A DNA stretch of 64,000 nucleotides from positions 32,001 through 96,000 of IMG/VR virus record IMGVR_UViG_3300012973_001074; one strand, given 5' to 3'. Positions 55,920 through 64,000 of this stretch are shown here, piece by piece. Both the position numbers and the translations under genes were made by a program. The DNA is from a virus. Its lineage: Duplodnaviria; Caudoviricetes. How positions within the stretch are numbered: position 1 is the first letter of the stretch; every line of letters starts with the position of its first letter. The notes under the pieces are model-generated. The model was not told the DNA's origin. It ran no database searches and saw only the letters and a program-made list of their open reading frames with translations.

Positions 55920-57200
55920 CTAGTGCGAGTGCGCCTTCCAGAGGAAGTACATGTCCGAGAGCATGACGTCCCTTCGTGTGGTGAGATAGCCCTCGACCGC
56001 CCTGGTAACGGATGCTCCGGCGAGGGCGACGGCTCCGCCGATGGCCACGCCAGTGCCGAACGGTGTGGCGCTGAGTAGGCCGACCGCCGCGGTCGCCGTT
56101 CCAAGCGCAACCCCAGCCGCTGAGCTGCGAGTGGCGAGCCAGCGTCCTCCCGCAAGACGATCTTTGATCTTCCGAAGCTCGGGCTCGATTAGGTCCTCCT
56201 GAACCTCGCGACTGACCTTCTCTACATCGCTCGCGCCAGAGCGAACCTTCTCCAGCAGCGCCTTCTTCAACGACCGCTGAAAGCGCTCGAACGCTTCGGC
56301 TTCTTCGTGACGAAGCCTGATCAGCGATGCGATCGTCGCGCCTTGAGACACGGGAAGCGTCAGGTTGAACGCGATGTCTTCCACTTGAGGGGCGACCTTC
56401 TTCGCGAGTAGCCGCCTGTACAACGCAACAGTGCTGCCGAGTGCGGCGCCAGATACTTTGGAAGCGCTTGCGTCCGCGCTGAGTTCGGCGAGATATCTGA
56501 GCACGACATCTTTTGCGATGGCCCTTCGAATCTCGGCTTCCTCTCGTGGGACCTGTCGTTCCATAAAGCAAAGCGCTCCCCAGCACGTGTGTTCAAACCA
56601 CGCGTGGCTAAGCGAATATTCGATGTCCTCGTGATCCTCCGTGGCAAATTGATTCCACTCGATGTCGCCCGCGCTGGCGATGTCGTTCGTCAGAATTTCT
56701 GTGTTGTCGACTGCGTGCTCGATTCCCGCCTCGCGCGCATGCTCCACATAGTGGGCGCGGCAGCTCGGACGGCGAACCTCGAATTCAACTAGGGGCAACG
56801 CGCCGAGGGCGTCCAAGTGCCCAAGCACGTCGACGAACGGAGCGAGATCCGTCACTAGACTTGATACGTCGCGATGTGTCTCGAACCGCATCAAGCTTTC
56901 AAGCGCCTGATCGGGAAGCAGGATCCGGTCGAAGTAGTGCCAAGCGTGTCTGAACAGCGAGTCGATCTCTCGTTTCAGGCATTCAGGCGCGCGGCAGCCA
57001 AGTCGGCCGGTGAGGTCTATCCCTTTGCCGGCCGTGAGAAGAACGCCATCGCTCACGGGACGCGTCGTGAGCTCGGGCTCCGGTGCGGATTGGAGGAGAG
57101 CATCGAGAGAGCCTGCACGACTCAACGCCGCCGGAAGAAACTCCGGGCGGTCGGCTGCGTGTTGGCGCGCCCACTGAAGAAACCAGTATGGGGGTACCAT
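55920..57200 (-). CDS. Hypothetical protein with C-terminal hydrophobic hairpin (candidate membrane effector)
   Basis: 426 aa; GVALGTATAAVGLL..GVAIGGAVALAG then MYFLWKA; visibly lower GC. Confidence 0.7.
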   Translation of the reverse strand: MVPPYWFLQWARQHAADRPEFLPAALSRAGSLDALLQSAPEPELTTRPVSDGVLLTAGKGIDLTGRLGCRAPECLKREIDSLFRHAWHYFDRILLPDQALESLMRFETHRDVSSLVTDLAPFVDVLGHLDALGALPLVEFEVRRPSCRAHYVEHAREAGIEHAVDNTEILTNDIASAGDIEWNQFATEDHEDIEYSLSHAWFEHTCWGALCFMERQVPREEAEIRRAIAKDVVLRYLAELSADASASKVSGAALGSTVALYRRLLAKKVAPQVEDIAFNLTLPVSQGATIASLIRLRHEEAEAFERFQRSLKKALLEKVRSGASDVEKVSREVQEDLIEPELRKIKDRLAGGRWLATRSSAAGVALGTATAAVGLLSATPFGTGVAIGGAVALAGASVTRAVEGYLTTRRDVMLSDMYFLWKAHSH

Positions 57201-57205
57201 GCGGT

Positions 57206-59050
57206 TCAGCGATGCCCTCGACGTTGAATGAGCTCGTACGCCCGCGCGTATCTCTCCCCCTCGTTCGTGAGTCGAAGGGCGCCTTCCTCCAGAGTGAGGA
57301 ACGACTTGTATCGCGAGTACGTTGCCCAGACGTCCACGTTGATATCGCGGGGAAAGTTCTTGCGAATCTTATCCCAGACGGCTGGTGCGGTGAGCGGCTC
57401 TTCCTCTCCAAGCAACGTGAGGAGCACACGTGCGATCGCGGGCGGGCTCGGCATTCTCACGGGCGCGAGGCGAGAGAGGCGAAGGTCGTGGACCTCTTTT
57501 TCGTAGCAGCATTCTTGCCATGCACGCATCCACGCCCGTGCCTCCGAGACCTCCGCGGACGTGTCGAAGTCACCCAGATCAGTGTGAAGCTGTCCGCTGC
57601 TTTCTCTTGTCGAGAGCCCGAGCCGGTACACGAAGGCATCAGGGATGACAGAGGAGGGGATAGCCGTAATCGTTCCGCCACCTCTCTTGAGTGAGGCGAG
57701 GAGCCGAACCTCTTGCAGATGGTAGCGTCGACGGTCTGTCCCAATTCGCTCGCGCACGAGCGTGAACAACGCCGGGCGGAAGAGGAAGTCATTGCGATGC
57801 TTCAGATCGGCCACACCGGTGGGTTCCCGACCGTCGCGATCTTTCTTCGACGAGACGCGCAGTCGGACGCCCGGGAATATCGTGATCTCCAGCTTTCCAA
57901 AGTCATCTAGCAAGCCCGACTGATAGCCTAGAAGCGTCAGCGGTTCGGAGTACTTCTGTCCAACAACGACCTCGGGCTCCGGCGCGCCGTCGACGTCGGG
58001 TTGCTCGACGTGGTGGAACTCTTCGTCCGTCAGCCGTTGATGCTGAACGACCGTATTGAGGCCTGGGTTGACGATCTTTTCAACCGCTTCAAGAACTTGA
58101 ACGTTCTCCCGGATACGCTCCGGGACCTTGCCGTCCACGGCATCCTGGAACATCGAGAGCGAGAGATAGCGAGCGATGCTATCGCCTAGCGGCTCGCCTT
58201 CGACTTCGGGTGCGAAGTGGAACACGGCACTTCCGACGGCAATCTGCTCAAGGCGGCTCGAGGGGACGTTCGTCAAGAACGAGAACTGGTCGCGAAGCGC
58301 TGCCTGTGCATGATTCTCGAAACGCTTTACGGAGCTCAGGAACGTGAGAGCGTTGCTCACGTCGATACCGCCACCCTGGGCGACGCCTTCAGCGTACCGG
58401 ATCTTGTAGCTGTCCTTCTTTGGCTTCTGCCGCTGCTCTTTCACGGCGAGAGCCGCGCGTAGAAGTGTGTCAAAGCGTGAGGTCTCTTCCTCAGAGCGCA
58501 ACGTTGCGCGAGCCATCTGCGATCGGAGCTTGCGCTTGTCGGCTGGAGCCAAGGTGACCTTCAGCGCATTCAGAGCACCGCTTCGCGCGTGAACGATCAA
58601 TCCTGTGTGGACCAGCCGCTCCAGCGTGCTGTCGTCCAGGCCATCGGGATAGAGGAACCTGCGCGCGACCTTGTCGGCAAGCGCGGCCCGGAAAGAATCG
58701 AACGCCTTGAGGTTGCGAAAGACGTAAATGCGTCTCTTCGCCATCGAAATGGTGGCTTTATGACCTGCCGGTGGCCGAATCTCATTCAAGTTCGCGAGCG
58801 CGACGAACTCTTCGGAGAGGTCCACAACGATCGGGCGGTCGGGCGCACGTAGCGAGATCGCGATGTTCTCAGGCAGACGAGTCAGCGCGCCACGGGCCTC
58901 GAGCGCGGCCGCTTGTTCGTCCGTGTATGGGACGCGCAAACGCGTAGCCCCGTGCATGAGGTCGTCTGCGTCACGAACCGCGGCCGCACCCCACGAGGCC
59001 TCAGCACGATGATCGCGTCTGCCTTCGTAGCCGATGACAAGGACGTCCAT
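57206..59050 (-). CDS. Hypothetical multidomain protein with probable C-terminal winged helix
   Basis: 614 aa; C-terminal PLTAPAVWDKI..LRLTNEG; TGATG-coupled to the upstream gene. Confidence 0.7.
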   Translation of the reverse strand: MDVLVIGYEGRRDHRAEASWGAAAVRDADDLMHGATRLRVPYTDEQAAALEARGALTRLPENIAISLRAPDRPIVVDLSEEFVALANLNEIRPPAGHKATISMAKRRIYVFRNLKAFDSFRAALADKVARRFLYPDGLDDSTLERLVHTGLIVHARSGALNALKVTLAPADKRKLRSQMARATLRSEEETSRFDTLLRAALAVKEQRQKPKKDSYKIRYAEGVAQGGGIDVSNALTFLSSVKRFENHAQAALRDQFSFLTNVPSSRLEQIAVGSAVFHFAPEVEGEPLGDSIARYLSLSMFQDAVDGKVPERIRENVQVLEAVEKIVNPGLNTVVQHQRLTDEEFHHVEQPDVDGAPEPEVVVGQKYSEPLTLLGYQSGLLDDFGKLEITIFPGVRLRVSSKKDRDGREPTGVADLKHRNDFLFRPALFTLVRERIGTDRRRYHLQEVRLLASLKRGGGTITAIPSSVIPDAFVYRLGLSTRESSGQLHTDLGDFDTSAEVSEARAWMRAWQECCYEKEVHDLRLSRLAPVRMPSPPAIARVLLTLLGEEEPLTAPAVWDKIRKNFPRDINVDVWATYSRYKSFLTLEEGALRLTNEGERYARAYELIQRRGHR

Positions 59051-59808
59051 CAGGCAGCCTGCTCGTCCTTGAGACGTTCAACCAGCAGTCCCACGCCACC
59101 CTCTTCATAGGTTTCCGCAAGCCTCAGGAGCCACGCTTCGTCTTCCCCATACCTCCGTTCGGCGCTGTCGATAATGCGGGCATGCATCGACGGCGAGCAC
59201 GTCCAGTGGCGGAGCGTCGCTACAAGGAAGTGCTCGGGTTCCGCACGACCTTCCCACGTCCAAGCTCGCCAGTCAGTGTTCGATGTCCAGATCGGATGCT
59301 GCGGCCCACCAGGCCAATGGTGATGCGGCCCGTCGCCGTCGTGAGGCCTCTGCGCCTCCAAGTAGTGCTTCACGAGTTCCGCACTCGTCGATGGGTACCG
59401 CTCCAACACCGCGCCTTTCTCCGTCGCGAGCTGGAACGAGAACGCCGCAAGGTAGACGCACTTCTCGTTGTCGACGAGCTGCGAGACCGGCGCGATCTTG
59501 TTGATCAGTCCGCCCGTATCAAAGGGGGACATTTGACCGCCGATCAGACCGTTGGGCGGGAGCACGATCGCGTTGTCGCCGAAGGCCTCGAGGGTCCGGC
59601 CGAGATAGGCGTAAACGCGGTGCGGAGTGATGTTCAGTCGCTGCTCGTATTGTCGTGTCTCGCTCGCGGGATTCGGGTGCGGTCGCGGGCCTTCTCGAAG
59701 GACCCTCACGACCGCGTCTTCGTCCGTGAGGGGCTCCTCGTTGTCGTCGTCAGAGTCCAGCTTCGGGTGATGCCTGTTGAACGCGTGGAACCAGAACAGT
59801 TGCGCCAT
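59050..59808 (-). CDS. Hypothetical protein (possible ART-like fold)
   Basis: 252 aa; FWFH, VYAYLGR..FGD, SPFDTGGL. Confidence 0.65.
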   Translation of the reverse strand: MAQLFWFHAFNRHHPKLDSDDDNEEPLTDEDAVVRVLREGPRPHPNPASETRQYEQRLNITPHRVYAYLGRTLEAFGDNAIVLPPNGLIGGQMSPFDTGGLINKIAPVSQLVDNEKCVYLAAFSFQLATEKGAVLERYPSTSAELVKHYLEAQRPHDGDGPHHHWPGGPQHPIWTSNTDWRAWTWEGRAEPEHFLVATLRHWTCSPSMHARIIDSAERRYGEDEAWLLRLAETYEEGGVGLLVERLKDEQAA

Positions 59809-60187
59809 CCAACCTCTCGTACTTTCGCCTCGGCGCGCGCTGCTCTAGAGGGTAGCCGTTTCGGACTGGGACATAGAAGCGCGCGACACCGATTGCACTA
59901 AGAACCAGCACGCGGTGGAGGATGGCGGCATCACCCCTAGGGGTTACCATCTATACCCAAAGGCACAGCTTGATAGACGCGTTGCGTCATGGCGGTGGCG
60001 GCGGGAGCGACGTTCGTCCCTCGCAACCCAACAAATGTGCTTCTCCAAGACGTCTCCACGACGCGCGACGATTCACGTGGACTCGTGCGGACTGGAGTGG
60101 AACCGCTTGACCACTGGTTCCGGCGCGAATCCGAACCCTTCCGAGTGAAAGACGAGCGACCTCGCCACGTTGGCTAGAAGCTCTCGG

Positions 60188-60215
60188 CAGAGTTCGACTC
60201 CCTGTGCCGAAACCT
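60188..60215 (+). other. Possible degenerate tRNA 3'-end fragment (att-site relic)
   Basis: CAGAG-TTCGACT-CCCTG T-arm-like (one mismatch) + 7 nt + ACCT; beside the integrase remnant 3' end. Confidence 0.3.
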
Positions 60216-60259
60216 CTGCGGGGCTGGAAACATGGCCTCTCGTGAGCGACCTGGGGCGT

Positions 60260-60545
60260 TCACTGGGCCAAACGAGGTTGCCGGGCACGTCGAGGAAGGG
60301 CGAGCCAACGGAGCCGCTCACGTCCTCGGCGGACTTCACGTAGCCCATGGTCGTCTGGATCGTGTCGCGGCGGCGCGCCGCTGCATCTTCATGACGTCGA
60401 CGCCCGCGAGCGCCAGCCACGTGATGCCCGTATCGCGCCACGAGCGGAAGCCGATCGGCATTTGCGTCGCGTCGTCGGTGAAGAGCCGCGCGTGGGTGAC
60501 GCCCGCCGTTCGCAGGTGCGCGCGCATGAGCACTCTTCTGCGTCC
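60260..60545 (-). pseudogene. Tyrosine recombinase/integrase C-terminal remnant
   Basis: IGFRSWRDTGITWLALAG..MQRRA then, frameshifted, DTIQTTMGYV (catalytic Tyr region); N-terminus absent. Confidence 0.75.
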
Positions 60546-60837
60546 TGACGAGCACGCTGGGGGCTTGGGGTTCCCGCGGCGGCGACCGCCGGCTTGCTTC
60601 CCCGGACGCTCGCCGCCGTGGCTCGCTGCCGGAGTCCGTCGACCCCATCGTCCTCAGCATCCTTCCCCGAGCGCTGGCCGGTCGTGGCCGACGGTTGAGC
60701 CTACATGCTGCAGATGCGACCGAGCATCACTCCGAAGGTCCGAAGGGTTATGCGGGGATGTGCGTCATCCTTGCCGGAACGACAGGGTACCGGTCGATTT
60801 CCAGCAACTGGTTCCGTGAGGGGCCGACACGTCGGAG

Positions 60838-61743
60838 ATGTCGATCGATGCCGTATACCGCTCGAGACGGTACGAACCGCCGACCGAGCCCGAGGCCGCA
60901 CCAGTCAATCCGGCGGCACGACCATCAAAGCGCCGGGAAGCATCGGAGCTCGAGCACCCCATCCGCTACCCGCGCGAGCTGTTCGAGGGCGGCGCTGCGC
61001 GTGAGGCCGGTCTCTCGTTCGAGAAGAAGCCGGGAGTGTTCGGCAGGACGGCCCCTCATCGCGCCGACGGGTACGAGCGGATCACGCACGAGCGTCCGCC
61101 CGCCGTCGGCGGCACGACGACCATCACCGGCGCGAAGGTGTACACGAACGCGACGACCGAGATCGGCGTGGCGAAGACGAAGCTCTCGACACCTGAGATG
61201 GTGGCGCTCATCCGAAAGCACTGGTCCGATCTGACCGAAGAAGGTGCCCGGACCCTCGCGGCGCAGTGGGCCGCGGAGACTGGCTTCGGCCAGAACTGCT
61301 ACTCGTTCAACTTCGGGAACGTGAAGTGCATCGACCCGAAGCAAGGTCACATGTACCTGGCCGGTGTCTGGGAGGTTCCGAAGACGGATGCCGAGGCCGC
61401 GAAGATGCGAGCTGCTGGCGGACGGGACGCAGATGACGCCTTCAAGAAGAAGCTCGGCTTGCCGCCAAACATGCGCGTCATCGTGTTCGAACCCCCGCAT
61501 CCGGCGAGCCGCTTCCGAGCATTTATGAGCGCGGACGAAGGGATGGCCTTCTGGGTCGGGTTCAAGAAGAACATCGCCGCGAAGCATCCGGAGTACCTCG
61601 ATGCGCTCAACCGCGGCGACATTGCGACCGCCGCGCACGTGCTCGCAAAGGCGAAGTACGCGACCGCTCCAGAGGCCATGTACCGTGACGCGATGATTCG
61701 TTGCCGTAGGACGATAGACGGCCAACTTGGAGCGGCGTCGTGA
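60838..61743 (+). CDS. Peptidoglycan hydrolase, GH73/FlgJ-like glucosaminidase
   Basis: AAQWAAETGFG, NFGNVK, FRAF, YATAP motifs. Confidence 0.75.
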   Translation: MSIDAVYRSRRYEPPTEPEAAPVNPAARPSKRREASELEHPIRYPRELFEGGAAREAGLSFEKKPGVFGRTAPHRADGYERITHERPPAVGGTTTITGAKVYTNATTEIGVAKTKLSTPEMVALIRKHWSDLTEEGARTLAAQWAAETGFGQNCYSFNFGNVKCIDPKQGHMYLAGVWEVPKTDAEAAKMRAAGGRDADDAFKKKLGLPPNMRVIVFEPPHPASRFRAFMSADEGMAFWVGFKKNIAAKHPEYLDALNRGDIATAAHVLAKAKYATAPEAMYRDAMIRCRRTIDGQLGAAS

Positions 61744-62225
61744 AGCGCGCCATCGTCTTCCTGGCACTCGCGCTGGTCGCCTGCAGGAAGGACAAGGGCA
61801 AGAACGTCCCGCCCGTACCCGTCGCGGCAAGTTCGGCCAGCGTGGCGGTCGAGAACCTCATCCCGTTCGAGACTCCGCTGGGGGTACGCATCGACGTGCC
61901 GGAGGGGTTCGGCGTCGAGCAGTTCAAGGACGACGACATCATCGTCCGCACGCCGGAACGCGCGAAGCTTCAATTGACGGCCATGGGATCGTGCGGGCGT
62001 TCGCTGAAGCGTGTGTGCAGCGAGGGGAAGGTCGTGGGGGACACCTGCGAGGAGAACGGCAGCCTGACCCGCATCTCCGACGGGGTCGTTCACACGCTCA
62101 GCTTCGAGGGAAAGGTCTCGCCCTCAGTGCTCCGGTCGTGGAAGGTCCCCGCATCGACCCCGGTGGGGGTCGGCTTCTACTGCTCGCCACGCGAGATCGT
62201 GGAGAACATGGCCGCCGAGCAGTAG
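61740..62225 (+). CDS. Lipoprotein (candidate immunity protein)
   Basis: KRAIVFLALALVAC lipobox; GTGA overlap with the hydrolase. Confidence 0.7.
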   Translation: MKRAIVFLALALVACRKDKGKNVPPVPVAASSASVAVENLIPFETPLGVRIDVPEGFGVEQFKDDDIIVRTPERAKLQLTAMGSCGRSLKRVCSEGKVVGDTCEENGSLTRISDGVVHTLSFEGKVSPSVLRSWKVPASTPVGVGFYCSPREIVENMAAEQ

Positions 62226-62480
62226 CGCCCATCGTGCGCCGAATGAGAGCACGCTTACGGTTTGCCCCTTGGCGTGCGCGTTCGCATTCGTGGACATTGT
62301 GGAGGCGATCACCAGCGGCGCCTGATTCCGATGGGCATGGTCGGCACCACGGAGTGCCTCGCGGTAGGGCTCGCAGGCAATGGGCTGGCTGGCCACGGTT
62401 CTGAAGCGCCCGAGACACGTCGAACGGAACACCGATCGCCGCTCGGACACCCGGTCGACGGAGAGCGGAACGGCCTTCCT

Positions 62481-64000
62481 TCACGCTCCGTCGGCTGCAG
62501 CTTGCTCCTCGAGGAGATCGAGCTTCGGCAGTGCGCGGACGATCTTCATCGTCTCGAGGCTGACCGTGATGACGCGCAGCAGAAGCGAGAGCGGGTAGCG
62601 TGGGTCCCCGACGGTCTCGGTGGCCCAGGCGTTCGCGTCCTTTACGATGCCGCTTGCCTTGTCGGTCGTGACGCTCTGCCGCTCCATCACCCATTCGATC
62701 GCGGGCTTACCGTTGACGACGTAGTCGTATGCGTCGAGCGGGATGTCCCGGACGGTGAGGAGGTCATTGTAGTGGATGATGGTCTTGTCCTTGCCCTTGC
62801 CGAATTTCATCTTCTCGACGCGGTACTGCGCGGCGGTCGGCTTGGCGGGGCCCTCGATGCAGGCGGGGTGCTCGGGCACCTTCTCGTAGCCGACGTGAAG
62901 CTCGCCGAGCGCGCGACCGGCCTTGCTGAAGGCCCAGAAGTCCGCGGCCGTCTTCACGCGCGGGATGCGTGGCAGCTCCTTGCCGAGATTGTCGGCGTAG
63001 CGCTCGCGGTAGTCCGGCGAGTGGAGAATGCCGTAGACGTAGTAGAAGACGTCTTCCTTCGTGATCGTTTCGCCGGGGTAGGCGGACTGGAAGTGGGCAA
63101 GGCCGGCATCGGTGATGCCGTCGCGGCGCCCGATCAAGGTCGGATCCTTCTTCGGGGTGGCGAACAGGGACGCTCCATCCTCATCCTCATCCGCCTCTCC
63201 GTCGTACACGTAGAGCGGGAAGAACTGGGAGCCGACCATGTCCACTGCCTTGAGATTGGGGTTCACGTCGGTCATCAGGACCGAGTAGACGCCCATGGAC
63301 TCACTCGCCGACACGCCGATAGCGCGATTCGCAACTCGTTCTGCAAACGGAAAGATGCGCGGGATCTGGTAGACCCTCTCGTTCAGCTTGCGGTCGAAGT
63401 AGAGCCAAGACTTCGTAAACGGACGATAGAGACTCGGAACGATGTTCTTTGTGTCGAATCTAAGGACTGTCCCTTTTACGAGGTCGTTCTTCAGCGCTCC
63501 CGTCCAAGCGATCTTGCTTGGGTCAGTGTCAATGAACCTGTCGATGACCGACTCTCTCTGCTTCTTGTCGAGCCCTGGATGCGTCCTGGCCAAGCGCGTC
63601 AGCTCGGAGTTGTAGAACTCGATCATCCGGCCCATCGCGTCGGCGACACCGTCCCTTGATGGTCCGTACGCCCACGCGTCTCGCTGAGACTTGAGCCCGT
63701 TGGAGTAGAGGTCGCACAGGGCCAGCTGAGCACCGCTCTTGTCGCCGAGCGCAATGAACCGGCCGAAGCTGTCGTCACGCTGTCTAAGCCAGTCGCCATG
63801 CGCGTCGGGCACGATGGTCGTCCACCCGTTCGCTTCCGTGATACCGGCTATGCTGCCAAACTCCGAGACGGCGCCAAGCTTCTCCTCGCGCGAGAGGTAG
63901 TCGCCAATGTCACGAAAGTGGATCCGGCCGCGCTCTTCAGCCTTCGGACTCTTGACGAGGAGCGAGATGGCGACGGGCGCGCGGCTGCCGCTTCCGAAGA
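62481..64000 (-). CDS. Type ISP restriction-modification enzyme (LlaBIII/LlaGI-like), C-terminal part; 5' end outside window
   Basis: FGSGSRAPVAI, DIGDYLSREEKL, GDWLRQRD, SLYRPF, QFFPLY, FYYVYGILHSPDYRERYA..LPRIP, YVVNGKPAIEWVMER. Confidence 0.92.
   Translation of the reverse strand, partial: FGSGSRAPVAISLLVKSPKAEERGRIHFRDIGDYLSREEKLGAVSEFGSIAGITEANGWTTIVPDAHGDWLRQRDDSFGRFIALGDKSGAQLALCDLYSNGLKSQRDAWAYGPSRDGVADAMGRMIEFYNSELTRLARTHPGLDKKQRESVIDRFIDTDPSKIAWTGALKNDLVKGTVLRFDTKNIVPSLYRPFTKSWLYFDRKLNERVYQIPRIFPFAERVANRAIGVSASESMGVYSVLMTDVNPNLKAVDMVGSQFFPLYVYDGEADEDEDGASLFATPKKDPTLIGRRDGITDAGLAHFQSAYPGETITKEDVFYYVYGILHSPDYRERYADNLGKELPRIPRVKTAADFWAFSKAGRALGELHVGYEKVPEHPACIEGPAKPTAAQYRVEKMKFGKGKDKTIIHYNDLLTVRDIPLDAYDYVVNGKPAIEWVMERQSVTTDKASGIVKDANAWATETVGDPRYPLSLLLRVITVSLETMKIVRALPKLDLLEEQAAADGA

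Noticed and set aside
60150-60230. Intact tRNA gene
   Set aside because: Only a T-arm-like 3' fragment; no matching acceptor 5' strand, D-arm or anticodon arm, and it ends CCT rather than CCA
62262-63659. 465-aa plus-strand ORF, representative of many long antisense ORFs (e.g. 23702-25237, 26614-28227, 28808-30220, 50799-52820)
   Set aside because: Shadow frames of well-supported genes in high-GC DNA; no motifs

Overview
High-GC window, probably from a myxobacterium (inferred from GC content and Cys-rich lipoproteins). It is dominated by a myovirus-like prophage. Positions 1-32.0 kb (minus strand) hold a complete packaging/head/neck/contractile-tail/baseplate module: ParB-like, MTase-like, TerS, TerL, DUF1073 portal, MuF, HK97+DUF2213 protease, DUF2184 capsid, DUF3383 sheath, tube, chaperone with a -1 slippery site, tape measure and baseplate. 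Positions 32.7-55.8 kb (plus strand) are an early/accessory region: DUF6744-like, MoxR AAA + vWA, DUF3846, DUF3560, TPR, beta-clamp-like, intein-containing DUF5131 and an SbcC-like ATPase. This region is punctuated by a repeated promoter/operator element and interrupted by a kinase-kinase-phosphatase (KKP-like) cassette flanked by 26-bp direct repeats. The right end has an uncharacterised 3-gene operon, a tyrosine-integrase remnant, a GH73-like hydrolase + lipoprotein pair and the C-terminal part of a type ISP restriction-modification enzyme. The most striking signal is in the head proteins. They look like polyproteins whose modules (ADP-ribosyltransferase, GNAT, zeta-like kinase, small domains) are delimited by recurring R-x-D sites. 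Each enzyme module is preceded by a shared 'VPR(D/E)xxGxW/FT' peptide, suggesting a protease-processed, tag-directed virion effector-loading system. All family names come from motif recognition by eye, not database searches.
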